From positions 682,001 through 746,000 of the forward strand of contig CATNEN010000012.1 in the NCBI GenBank assembly GCA_950097015.1: a DNA stretch of 64,000 nt, given 5' to 3'. A program made the position numbers and the translations under genes. This stretch comes from Macrostomum hystrix (Eukaryota > Animalia > Platyhelminthes). The notes below the pieces were generated by a model. The model worked only from the letters and a program-made list of their open reading frames with translations, had not been told where the DNA came from and made no database searches. This document shows, in pieces, positions 42,000 to 53,239 of the stretch (the stretch's first letter is position 1; every line of letters starts with the position of its first letter).

Positions 42000-42736
42000 G
42001 TATATTGCACTTATGCACTTGACGGCCATAGACAACTTTCTGGTGGGTACACGGCTGCAAAATGCTGTAATAATATAAATTACTTTGATGTACACCAGAA
42101 AACGTTGTCTATGGGCCTGTGTCTCAGCGTCGCATGAGTCAAAAAGTCGTCACCGCGATGCTTTACTTGAAAAAAGAATTTGGTTAGAACTAAAATGACA
42201 AATTTCAAAGGTTTGTGCTCCAGTCTATTTTCGCAGAGCTAATCGTGACTTCAATTTTTTCATGATTTCGCTTCTCAGAATGAGACAGGTGGGGGTTTTC
42301 ACTAGAGCTAAGTGGGCTTTCACTGTGGAATTTGAAGAGATTCCTCAGCAACGGCCTAATCAATGACAATAAGTACTTTATATAGCGTTAAGGTAAAAAA
42401 CCGAACTCCTTCAGAGGCAAGATGAACAATTGGAATGACCGACCAACACCTAAGCAAACGTCGTTAAGAGCTGCGGCACAGCTACATTGGGTGTGATTTC
42501 TATATTTCTATCTCCATGATCCTCAGGGAAAGCCAATAGAGTCCAAGACACAAACGGTTGGTATGAATTTCTTATTTGCCATTTTTTTCAACAAGATTGT
42601 CCGCCTGGGAAACTCTGTGCTAATCCAATAGATTCCAATGTATTTGTCATCGAATTGAAAGAAATAAGTATTTTAGTAACTGGGCTGGCAGACTTTGACC
42701 TCCGTCACAGCTGTCGTCCAATAGGTCTCGGGGTCA

Positions 42737-43529
42737 TCACTGGGAGCTCTTCTTGTTCAGCCGTGCCCAGGGGTATTGCGCCAGTGTCTGCTCTCGGACC
42801 TGATCGGCGCAGTAGGCTAGCAGAGTGTCCCGGGTGCAGAAGCCGCAGCAGCAGTCCAGGAATGGGTCCCGCTGACCCGGGTTGGGCCGGAGGCACGGGT
42901 TCTTGTCGACCGAGGACTTCACAGCCGGCGATTTCGGGCCTGAAATTCGGCCAGAATGACTAATGTAGTTGAAAAAACAGCAGATGCAAAATGCGCATTA
43001 ATCACAGCTCGAACAATGGAATCAGTTCAGCTCACTCCTAGACGGCTGCCGGAACAGGTCCAGGACTGTGTCCTTCTCGGGCATGTAGACTCCGCCATGG
43101 TTTTTGCAGGTGCGAATCATGAGGAACACGAGCGGCATTCCGCATGCTTTGTAGAGCCTCGATGCGGGCCGGCCGGACTGCAATGAGGAAAAAGGGATTT
43201 TCCGAATGTTACTAGCAGCCAAATTTCTGCGAAGAGCAACGAGCTCGTGAATGAGCATCGCCCACCTCGAAATGGCGATCAAACCGACCCGTCTGCCTGG
43301 CCTGCATGTCTTGAGTGTTCCTGGAACCGCCACTGGTGGCAACTGCGCCAAGAGGCAGCAGCAGCAGCAGCAGCAGCAGCAGCGGCAGCGATGGGTGCCG
43401 CAAACCGTGAGTGCATGAAGCAGTTGGTGTGGCTGAAGTCCTGCAATGTCAGATGTGAGGAGTGTGATACGCATCTCAACTGCATCTGGGCCAAATAATA
43501 CAGACAAAATACAGACAAGCAATTTACAT
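42737..43529 (-). CDS. Insulin/IGF-like peptide precursor, about 173 aa, 4 coding exons
   Basis: Exons (minus) 43529-43528 (AT), 43440-43266, 43177-43036, 42939-42737; introns 87, 88 and 96 bp, all GT-AG and in phase; 522 nt. Leu9 signal peptide; B chain CGMPLVFLMIRTC (C-G-x10-C); A chain CCCGFCTRDTLLAYC (CC-x3-C-x8-C). The first exon is inferred. Confidence 0.85.
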
Positions 43530-43674
43530 TTTCTATCTAGATAGTTTCTAGTTAGCAATCGATTGCAGAGAGGAGGCAACAAGGCGTTTGCTTGAGTAGC
43601 AGGTGCACAGACTCAGGTCTATTCGAGCTAACCGAACTGCGGGCTAGCGATGAAGCGGAGACTCTTAGCGCTGC

Positions 43675-43681
43675 ATTTATA
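43675..43681 (-). promoter_or_regulatory. TATA box (TATAAAT) of the insulin-like gene, with a GC box and CCAAT motif upstream
   Basis: About 150 bp upstream of the inferred first donor; GGGTGGGCGG near 43695 and CCAAT near 43777. Confidence 0.55.
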
Positions 43682-43814
43682 GGCCGTAATCTCCGGGTGG
43701 GCGGATTAGTGAGTTGCTGGGCCCTGCAATCAGACAGGCGGCCCAGCCCAACCCGGGCTGGAGAGCAGTGTGCCAACCAATAGATGGAGGCTCGTACAGG
43801 TGGGCTCGCTCAGC

Positions 43815-44118
43815 TGTTCTAACACGTTGTTGTTCTTCGAACAGGTGATTGGGTCCTGGTCTAACAGGTTGACGATTTTGAACAGGTTATTGGGTCCTTG
43901 TCTAACAGGTTGACGATTTCGAACAGGTGATTGGGTCCTTGCTTGTCTAACAGGTTGACGATTTCGAACAGGTGATTGGGTCCTGATCTAACAGGTTGAC
44001 GCTTTTCGTACATATGATTCGGTCCTGGACTAACACATTTATCTTCTTCGAACAGGTGATTGGGTCCTGGTCTAACAGGTTGACGATTTCGAACTGGTGA
44101 TTCGGTCCTGGTCTAACA
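43815..44118. repeat. Degenerate ~41-bp tandem repeat
   Basis: Unit about TTCGAACAGGTGATTGGGTCCTGGTCTAACAGGTTGACGAT, about 7 copies. Confidence 0.88.
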
Positions 44119-44755
44119 GTTAAGCAGTGCCATATAATTATGGTCTATTAACTTGTAAAGCAGAATGACGAATATCAGTCATGATTAAAAGGTTATATAT
44201 TTAAAACGGCATTCCTTGAAGATCGTCACTATTGTAGGGACCAATGCGGATCACGTGGATGACTGCAGCAGTCTGGCATTAGTTCAGCACCATTCGATAC
44301 GTGCCAAGGAGCCTGACACACCTGGCCATACAAGTCCGGCCACTATAAAATTGGCTTATTTATGCGCGAGATTCTCCTTAAGGTGCATCGGCGCAGTTTA
44401 TAGAATCGAAGCACCGATAACAGTTCACTTTCCTCTCGCTCGTGGCACATCTGCCAATGCTGGCACCGATTTGGTCGAATTCGAGACCAAGCCCAAGATT
44501 TAGTCCACGCTTCAGCATCAGCTGCTTGTTAAAAAAGGGTACAATAGTTATGAAAAGTTATGATCCTCGCTTGGAACAATGCCTGAAATTATAAGCTTAT
44601 CAACTGATACCTATTTAATGGGTCTAGAGATCGATAAATAGAAATTACTGTACACCTAGCCTAGCTTGGCCAGATGTACAGCCAGTAGCACAGCCGCAGC
44701 ATGTTGTGTACACCTGTACAGTCCGTGAACTGGGAGGCCGCCACAACGAGGCGCT

Positions 44756-44952
44756 TTCGACGTTGAGAAGTCTCCTATCCCTGCAGTGCGATTCGACGTT
44801 GAGAAGTCTCCTATCCCTGCAGTGCGATTCGACGTTGAGAAGTCTCCTATCCCTGCAGTGCGATTCGACGTTGAGAAGTCTCCTAACCCTGCAGTGCGAT
44901 TCGACGTTGAGAAGTCTCCTAACCCTGCAGTGCGATTCGACGTTGAGAAGTT
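44756..44952. repeat. 36-bp tandem repeat, about 5.5 copies
   Basis: Unit TTCGACGTTGAGAAGTCTCCTATCCCTGCAGTGCGA. Confidence 0.93.
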
Positions 44953-46132
44953 TCAATGTTCGAACAAAAAGTGTCGGCCTTGGGAAATTGATGGTTTGTA
45001 AAACGCCTCCCGCCATAAACAGCAAAATCCCTCAAGAACACAACTCGCTTCTCTGAGATTGGCACTCCCGGCAGCTCAGTAAGAAATCTGAAGCGCCAAC
45101 CCCTGGGGCTGCAAATTCGCACATTATCGATAACGGATAACGTTAGTAAGAGCAATAATAAGAGCTAATCGCTTTACTGACACGTCGGCTTGCTGTTTCT
45201 CAGGTAAATAGTCGCATATTTCGGCAGATAGAAGGATCAAAAGATTATTATAAAGATGAGATATTATAGGATCCAATAACAACAGAAGCCTCTAGATCAT
45301 CTTGAATTAAAGGCCGCGAAAGCTAGCATTTTAACAATAAATCCCTTCTGAGTCACGCAAAGACTGCTCAACTATGTCATAATTTCGTACAATAACCTCT
45401 TAGCCATCTGCCTTCGCCTAGTCAAATTATACAAATGCTTATTTGTAATATTCTAATTGTACCATTCTCCAGCCTGATCCAGGTGAAATTCGGAGAGAAA
45501 CTTAGAGGGAACTTAACATTGGGGAGATGAGGTTGTATCACAGCAAGGTCGAACATTTTCAAAAGCGTTAGGAAATAAATTTATCTAGTTTTTTAATAGT
45601 AAAAATAGTTTTCTTAGAAACTGCCGCTCGCTGGCCGTTCTCTGAGACTGTAGACAAATATATCAATCCGAGATTCACGAACCCAGTCGCAGCTGCCACA
45701 AACTGGAGCACCAATTCGACAGCGGATCGAGTGATTCCGGCTTTTAGTCTGCATGCTCCATCTTCATAGGATTCGCATCTGGCGAATGACCAATTTGAGA
45801 ACTAATTGAGCTGCAATTATAAATCGCTGCTCTGCCGTTTACGAGCAGACTGAATGCAAAACTGCTAGTTTTCTTATTTCAGAATTTGCTCATTCCTCAC
45901 AGTTAATGGTTTGTTTTTGCTTAGTAATGGCAGAAATAATTTACAGGAAAAAGCAGCGACTGTCTGCAACAACTCCGTCAAAATCATAACCCTTCTACTT
46001 ACGCCTTGTTGGCGATTCAATTAACTCTGAGCCTATTTAATCTAATGTACTTCAGCGACTTCCATAACTGGCTAATCTAGCGTCTGGGATAGTAATTGCT
46101 GGAATGAAAAAACAGGACAATTCTCGGGACCT

Positions 46133-46680
46133 GATGCAGGTCATTCTGCAGGCAATCATGCAGGTCATTCTGCAGGCAATCATGCAGGCCATTCTGCAGG
46201 CAATCATGCAGGCCATTCTGCAGGCAATCATGCAGGTCACTCTGCAGGCAATCATGCAGGTCATTCTGCAGGCAATCATGCAGGTCATTCTGCAGGCAAT
46301 CATGCAGGCCATTCTGCAGGCAATCATGCAGGCCATTCTGCAGGCAATCATGCAGGTCATTCTGCAGGCAATCATGCAGGCCATTCTGCAGGCAATCATG
46401 CAGGTCATTCTGCAGGCAATCATGCAGGTCATTCTGCAGGCAATCATGCAGGTCATTCTGCAGGCAATCATGCAGGTCATTCTGCAGGCAATCATGCAGG
46501 TCATTCTGCAGGCAATCATGCAGGTCATTCTGCAGGCAATCATGCAGGTCATTCTGCAGGCAATCATGCAGGTCATTCTGCAGGCAATCATGCAGGTCAT
46601 TCTGCAGGCAATCATGCAGGTCATTCTGCAGGCAATCATGCAGGTCATTCTGCAGGCAATCATGCAGGTCATTCTGCAGT
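46133..46680. repeat. 24-bp minisatellite (TGCAGGCAATCATGCAGGTCATTC)
   Basis: About 23 copies. Confidence 0.96.
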
Positions 46681-47276
46681 CCATGATTGAGGTAATTTTT
46701 CAAATAAGGCAGGTAACGTCTAGTTCAGAGGGACCAGGTCTCAGACTTGCTAATTCCCAAAGGAGCCTCCCTTATCAGTTCCGTCCGCTTTCTGCTCCAA
46801 ACCGGATATCGTCTCGGAAAACTGCAGCCTTTTCTTTGAAGAACAATGAGGCCAGCAGCAAAGGAACAAATCAAAGAGCATTTCAGCACCCTGAGCTTCC
46901 TATTTCTAATGAATTTCGTTATCTGAGCGTATCTACGGCTACTTTTTGGTGTCCTATTTAGGTCTGAATGAAATGAAATACTGGTTAGAATTACTCCCAC
47001 GCCACGTCCAGTCATTAAAATTATGCTTTCCCTGGCTCGGGCAATGCATGAAATTAAAAGCCTTTGAATCATTGCGTCTTGAAACCACTTCCTACGAAAC
47101 TCGTTTCCTGTTACATGAAAAGTGAAAATTATCTCTTGCCTGTCTCATCTCTCCCCTCTGTATAAAAACCTTTTGCTGCGACAATCGGTGATGATCGCAA
47201 AGATTGTGAACTATTTTTAGCTTGAAAAATTATGTCCCACTTTAGAGTGCAACCAGAAAAGGCATGCTAAATCACG

Positions 47277-49083
47277 CCATAGAATACGAGCTAACAACCG
47301 TACTAGCTATACCATTACCATAGAGTACGAGCTAACAACCGTACTAGCTATACCATTACCATAGAGTACGAGCTAACAACCGTACTAGCTATACCATTAC
47401 CATAGAGTACGAGCTAACAACCGTACTACTCGTAGCTATATTATTACCACAGAATACGAGCTAACAACCGTACTACTCGTAGCTATATCATTACCATAGA
47501 GTACGAGCTAACAACCGTACTAGCTATATCATTACCATAGAATACGAACTAACAACCGTACTAGCTATATCATTACCATAGAGTACGAGCTAACAGCCGT
47601 ACTACTCGTAGCTATATTATTACCACAGAATACAAGCTAACAACCGTACTAGCTATATCATTACCATAGAGTACGAGCTAACAACCGTACTAGCTATATC
47701 ATTACCATAGAGTACGAGCTAACAACCGTACTACTCGTAGCTATATTATTACCACAGAATACGAGCTAACAACCGTACTACTCGTAGCTATATCATTACC
47801 ATAGAGTACGAGCTAACAACCGTACTAGCTATATCATTACCATAGAGTACGAGCTAACAACCGTACTAGCTATATCATTACCATAGAGTACGAGCTAACA
47901 ACCGTACTAGCTATATCATTACCACAGAATACGAGCTAACAACCGTACTAGCTATATCATTACCACAGAATACGAGCTAACAACCGTACTAGCTATATCA
48001 TTACCGCAGAATACGAGCTAACAACCGTACTAGCTATATCATTACCATAGAGTACGAGCTAACAACCGTACTAGCTATATCATTACCATAGAGTACGAGC
48101 TAACAACCGTACTAGCTATATCATTACCACAGAATACGAGCTAACAACCGTACTAGCTATATCATTACCATAGAATACGAGCTAACAACCGTACTAGCTA
48201 TATCATTACCGCAGAATACGAGCTAACAACCGTACTAGCTATATCATTACCACAGAATACGAGCTAACAACCGTACTAGCTATATCATTACCATAGAGTA
48301 CGAGCTAACAGCCGTACTACTCGTAGCTATATTATTACCACAGAATACAAGCTAACAACCGTACTAGCTATATCATTACCATAGAGTACGAGCTAACAAC
48401 CGTACTAGCTATATCATTACCATAGAGTACGAGCTAACAACCGTACTACTCGTAGCTATATTATTACCACAGAATACGAGCTAACAACCGTACTACTCGT
48501 AGCTATATCATTACCATAGAGTACGAGCTAACAACCGTACTAGCTATATCATTACCATAGAGTACGAGCTAACAACCGTACTAGCTATATCATTACCATA
48601 GAGTACGAGCTAACAACCGTACTAGCTATATCATTACCACAGAATACGAGCTAACAACCGTACTAGCTATATCATTACCACAGAATACGAGCTAACAACC
48701 GTACTAGCTATATCATTACCGCAGAATACGAGCTAACAACCGTACTAGCTATATCATTACCATAGAGTACGAGCTAACAACCGTACTAGCTATATCATTA
48801 CCATAGAGTACGAGCTAACAACCGTACTAGCTATATCATTACCACAGAATACGAGCTAACAACCGTACTAGCTATATCATTACCATAGAATACGAGCTAA
48901 CAACCGTACTAGCTATATCATTACCGCAGAATACGAGCTAACAACCGTACTAGCTATATCATTACCACAGAATACGAGCTAACAACCGTACTAGCTATAT
49001 CATTACCATAGACTACGAGCTAACAACCGTACTAGCTATATCATTACCGCAGAATACGAGCTAACAACCGTACTAGCTATATC
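47277..49083. repeat. 41-bp minisatellite with 48-bp variants
   Basis: About 43 units; the variant pattern repeats with a 715-bp period. Confidence 0.96.
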
Positions 49084-50004
49084 AGGACCCTTAATCCCGG
49101 GATCCCGAACACAGACAAAAAGCAGGAATCCTGGGAATTGGGACCCCTATCGTCAAGGCAATACAGCTGAAACTCGAAATCGAACATTGAGAAACAGCCC
49201 CTGGCGAAAGGAAATAGCGACTTACAAATAATCAATGTCAAAACTTTTAAATTCAAAAAAGCTTTTTGGTTAAGATGCATTGAAGGCGATGTGATGGGAT
49301 TTACGACGTAATCAGACAGTGTTGAGAAAAATAAATAAACCCACAAGGAACAGCTCGATGGCAAAGTCGCGCTCTAAATAAACTGTATTTTAGAACCTTT
49401 CACATTTCAAATATATAGGAAACAACACTAAACAACAAAGCACAATGGAGGAGCCTGGATTGCTAAAAAATTGCTGCCTCGCTAGGACAATCGCAGATAC
49501 TCGCAGTGAATCGCCGTGTTTTTTCAAACTGAAACTAAGAATACACCCGCACAATGAAAGCTCTGGCTTCGTGGGACCGCAATAGTTTCCGTTTGAAACC
49601 GTAAAAAAGACGAGACAGACAATGGTAGACAAAGTAGCGGCTGCAAATTGTCTATTCAAAGGCTAGGTAGTTTTCTTACGAATTCAGCATCTAAACAAGC
49701 ATATTTGTAACTGCTGCATCTCCGATTCAATTGAGTCCATGAGTTTCAAACTGCATATAATTCGTTCCCAGTTGTTGTTGCCAGGCAAAACCGACACGCG
49801 GGTTACTTAGAAGAATAGGCCGGTGTCGGTGGAGTCGCTACAGAAAAAGTTAGAAACGTTCTCTAACGATCATTTTTAGGCTGGCTATAAAAGGGCATTT
49901 TAAAAAACTCCGACATGAGGTTTTGATTGTGATTTTCGCCAACATTAGCAAAAAATCGGCCCATTCATCTGGCAGTCTTTTGGTGCTGATATGAGCTGTG
50001 CATC

Positions 50005-51290
50005 TATGAGGGTGAGCCAAAAGTTTCCGGAATTTTTTCAGCTAGATCTTCGAACAACTTTTGTTTTTTGTAAACCTCAAAAGTGGCAGTCATCCACTAG
50101 CATGCTTGCATGCATGCTTCTATCTCTTTTACTCAGAATCAGCGCATCTCTTCAGCTCTGCTTGAATAGCCGCTATAGTAATAATAATGGACATGCCTAA
50201 ATACGAATGGCGAGCTATTCTGCTCAACCACTTTCATGCTGGAAGAAATGCAGCCGAGGCACATCGCGAGCTATCAAGTCTGATGGGTCATCATGCACCC
50301 TCTAAGTCTACGATGCACGAATGGTTCGCTCGCTTTGCAGAGGAGGACTGGAACCTGTCCGACAAACCAAGGTCAGGTCGACCCCCCACTGCCGATCAAG
50401 GTGATGTTCTCCATGCCCTAGAGGACAACCCGGAGAACAGTGTGCGCAAGTTGTCGGCCACAACTGGAGTGCCCTACAGCACAGTTCGACGGAGCCTGCA
50501 TGATGCAGGCAAGGTTCCGAAGAAGCCGACTCTGGTACCCCACGAGCTGACTCCCCAGCAGATGGGCACTCGGGTCGAGATGGCAACTTCGAACCTCCTC
50601 CAGGCCCACTCGCCATATTTCCTAAAGTCCATCATTGTGCAGGATGAGAAGTGGGTCGCATATGAAAATCCTATCGCATCGGCAGTCTGGGTCAATGCTG
50701 ATGAAGAGCCACCAATCTGCTCCAGGTGAGACCCCCACTGTGGGAAGGAGCTCTTGTCCTTCTGGTACTGCTCATCGGGCCCCATCTTCTGGGAGCTCAT
50801 CCCGCATGGTGTGGCTGTCACTGCTGCTGTCATCTGCGAAGAACTGAAGCAAGTTGCCCACCGGCTGCGATCCGTGTGCCCAGGGCACCGGGACAAAGTT
50901 TATTCTGTTTGACAATGCCCGACCACACAAGGCTAGAATCACCCAAGCCAAACTCGCGAGCCTCGGCTTCAGCGTTTTGCCTCACCCACCTTACTCGCCG
51001 GACCTCGCCATGTGACTACCATGTGTGCAGATCCCTCCAGAACTTCTGTGATGGTCGGCGGTTTGCGAACAAGCAGCATGTGGAGTTAGCAGTGCAGGAA
51101 TGGATCGACTCTAGGCAAAGGAGCTTCTGGATGGAGGGGATTGAGGCACTGCCTATGAGATGGGAGAGAGTAAAGGTCTTGAATGGAAACTACCTTAAGG
51201 TATGTTACGTTTTAATCTGTTGACTTTGAATGCGAAAGTTGACTATGTTGATGCAATAAAATTCCGGAAACTTTTGGCTCCATCCTTCTA
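50005..51290 (+). mobile_element. Full-length mariner (Tc1/mariner, DD34D-type) transposon
   Basis: TA at both ends; TIRs TGAGGGTGAGCCAAAAGTTTCCGGAATT and AATTCCGGAAACTTTTGGCTCCATCCTTC; about 1.28 kb. Confidence 0.93.
50187..51223 (+). pseudogene. Disrupted mariner transposase
   Basis: HTH region, (W>L)VPHEL, QDEKW, FDNARPH, PYSPDLA..DY. One in-frame TGA (50727-50729) and two frameshifts (+1 near 50900, -2 near 51009). Confidence 0.9.
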
Positions 51291-51944
51291 ACAGAGATGG
51301 AAGTCAGTCATGTAAACAAGTTGGCGCACTCAGGCACTAATCTGCAGCAGACTCTTCCTACGGTGATTGCCTAATCCGCCCACTTAAACAATTAGGAGTG
51401 GCCCAGAGTGCAGCAGAATTCTAACTAAATAAGAAAGCAATCTCAACAGGCAAATTAGTACGCCAATTTTCTTGTTGATGGCCAGACACGGTTAGGTGGG
51501 CTGAAATGATTTTTTGCTTTAAGGAATTATAGATAGAACAAAACTCGACTGCAAGAATTGCTTTCAGTCTAAATCTGCTCGCCGGATCTACACAAAAGCG
51601 TTCAGCCTTCTAATTCTGTTAAAGTTTTATTTCATCAAAACAAATCGGGCTGAGCTACCTTCTAACTCCTTACATTAGTTGCACATTACTTTCTGGTTGC
51701 TTCGTCAATCGCAAGGTTACAATAATAAAGGGGTGGGAGAAAAGTCGAATGTCGCATTTATGGTTTGTAGGGCTGTGGCATTCGTTAACACATTAAGCAA
51801 GCACACAGGAGAAAAACAAAGATTTTAATATTTTAATTGGAGTGTTGAATATAATGGCGTCTAATTTATTAACTCAGGTGGGCTCAGGGCCTTTGAAGGG
51901 TTTACGAAGCATGAGAGAGAGCTCAGGTAACAAATGCCTCTGAA

Positions 51945-52412
51945 GGGGCTCAGGGGACTCTAAGAAGGCTCAGGGGACTCTAAGAAGGCTCAGGGGACTC
52001 TGAGATGACTCAGGGGACTCTGAGATGGCTCAGGGGACTCTGAGATGGCTCAGGGGACTATGAGATGGCTCAGGGGACTCTGAGATGGCTCAGGGGACTA
52101 TGAGATGGCTCAGGGGACTCTGAGATGGCTCAGGGGACTCTGAGATGGTTCAGGGGACTCTGAGATGGTTCAGGGGACTCTGAGATGGCTCAGGGGACTA
52201 TGAGATGGCTCAGGGGACTATGAGATGTCTCAGGGACTCTGAGATGGCTCAGGGGACTCTGAGATGGCTCAGGGGACTCTGAGATGGCTCAGGGGACTCT
52301 GAGATGGCTCAGGGGACTCTGAGATGGCTCAGGGGACTATGAGATGGCTCAGGGGACTCTGAGATGGCTCAGGGGACTCTAAGAAGGCTCAGGGGACTCT
52401 GAGATGGCTCAG
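51945..52412. repeat. 20-bp minisatellite (GGCTCAGGGGACTCTGAGAT)
   Basis: About 23 copies. Confidence 0.95.
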
Positions 52413-53239
52413 GTAGCAAGACCAGTAAGTGAGACTCGGCTTACGCAGCATGCCTACAGAGCAGTTCAGCAAGCTGTTAGAGAACACAGAGGCAGTTATT
52501 CTGAGACGCTATTTTGTTGGGATGACGGACAAAAAAGCAAATAATTAAAGCGAAAGCTTTCAGGATGATTACTTCAGACCAAAGGCAGACAACACAGACT
52601 ACCGCTAGAACTTCTCAAGCTTGTCTCTATGGCAACCCGAATTATTTTTTAGGGATTATCAAAGTGCTAGGAAGAATAAGAGAACAGATATAAGTAAATG
52701 ACAAATGGCTCCAGCGCTAGAGAACACACGGACAGCATTTTATAAATGGCATGACATTAAATGAAATTTTACTCTAAAGAAACTGTTCGAGACACTGGGT
52801 TGGGAGAAAAAATAGCAGTGCGTCTTAAGTTATTGAGACGCCACCTATTTATCCCAAACCGGCGAATCCCATAGCACAGAGAACAGCAACAGCAACTACA
52901 AAGCCAGAAAACGGCTTCAATCAAACAATCAACCAGTCAATGCCTATAAAATATAGCAGAAAAACTGTTCTAAACATCAAATTTAGTTTGTGTCGCACGA
53001 ATTGTCAAGCCAGAAGGAGGACCAACAAAACAGTTAAGGGGGAGGCTTAAGCTGTGGAAATTGTAGGCAAAAATAATTAATTAAATTCACTTCACGCAGA
53101 ACACTTGCACTCTTAACATATTGAAGAATGGATGGGTTTAAGAGAATCACTGTTAATTATCGTAATAGATCAGGCAAAACTAGGAGAGATGCGGACAGCA
53201 CTAGAGCACAGAATTCTAGAATCTAAAATCAGATAGAGT

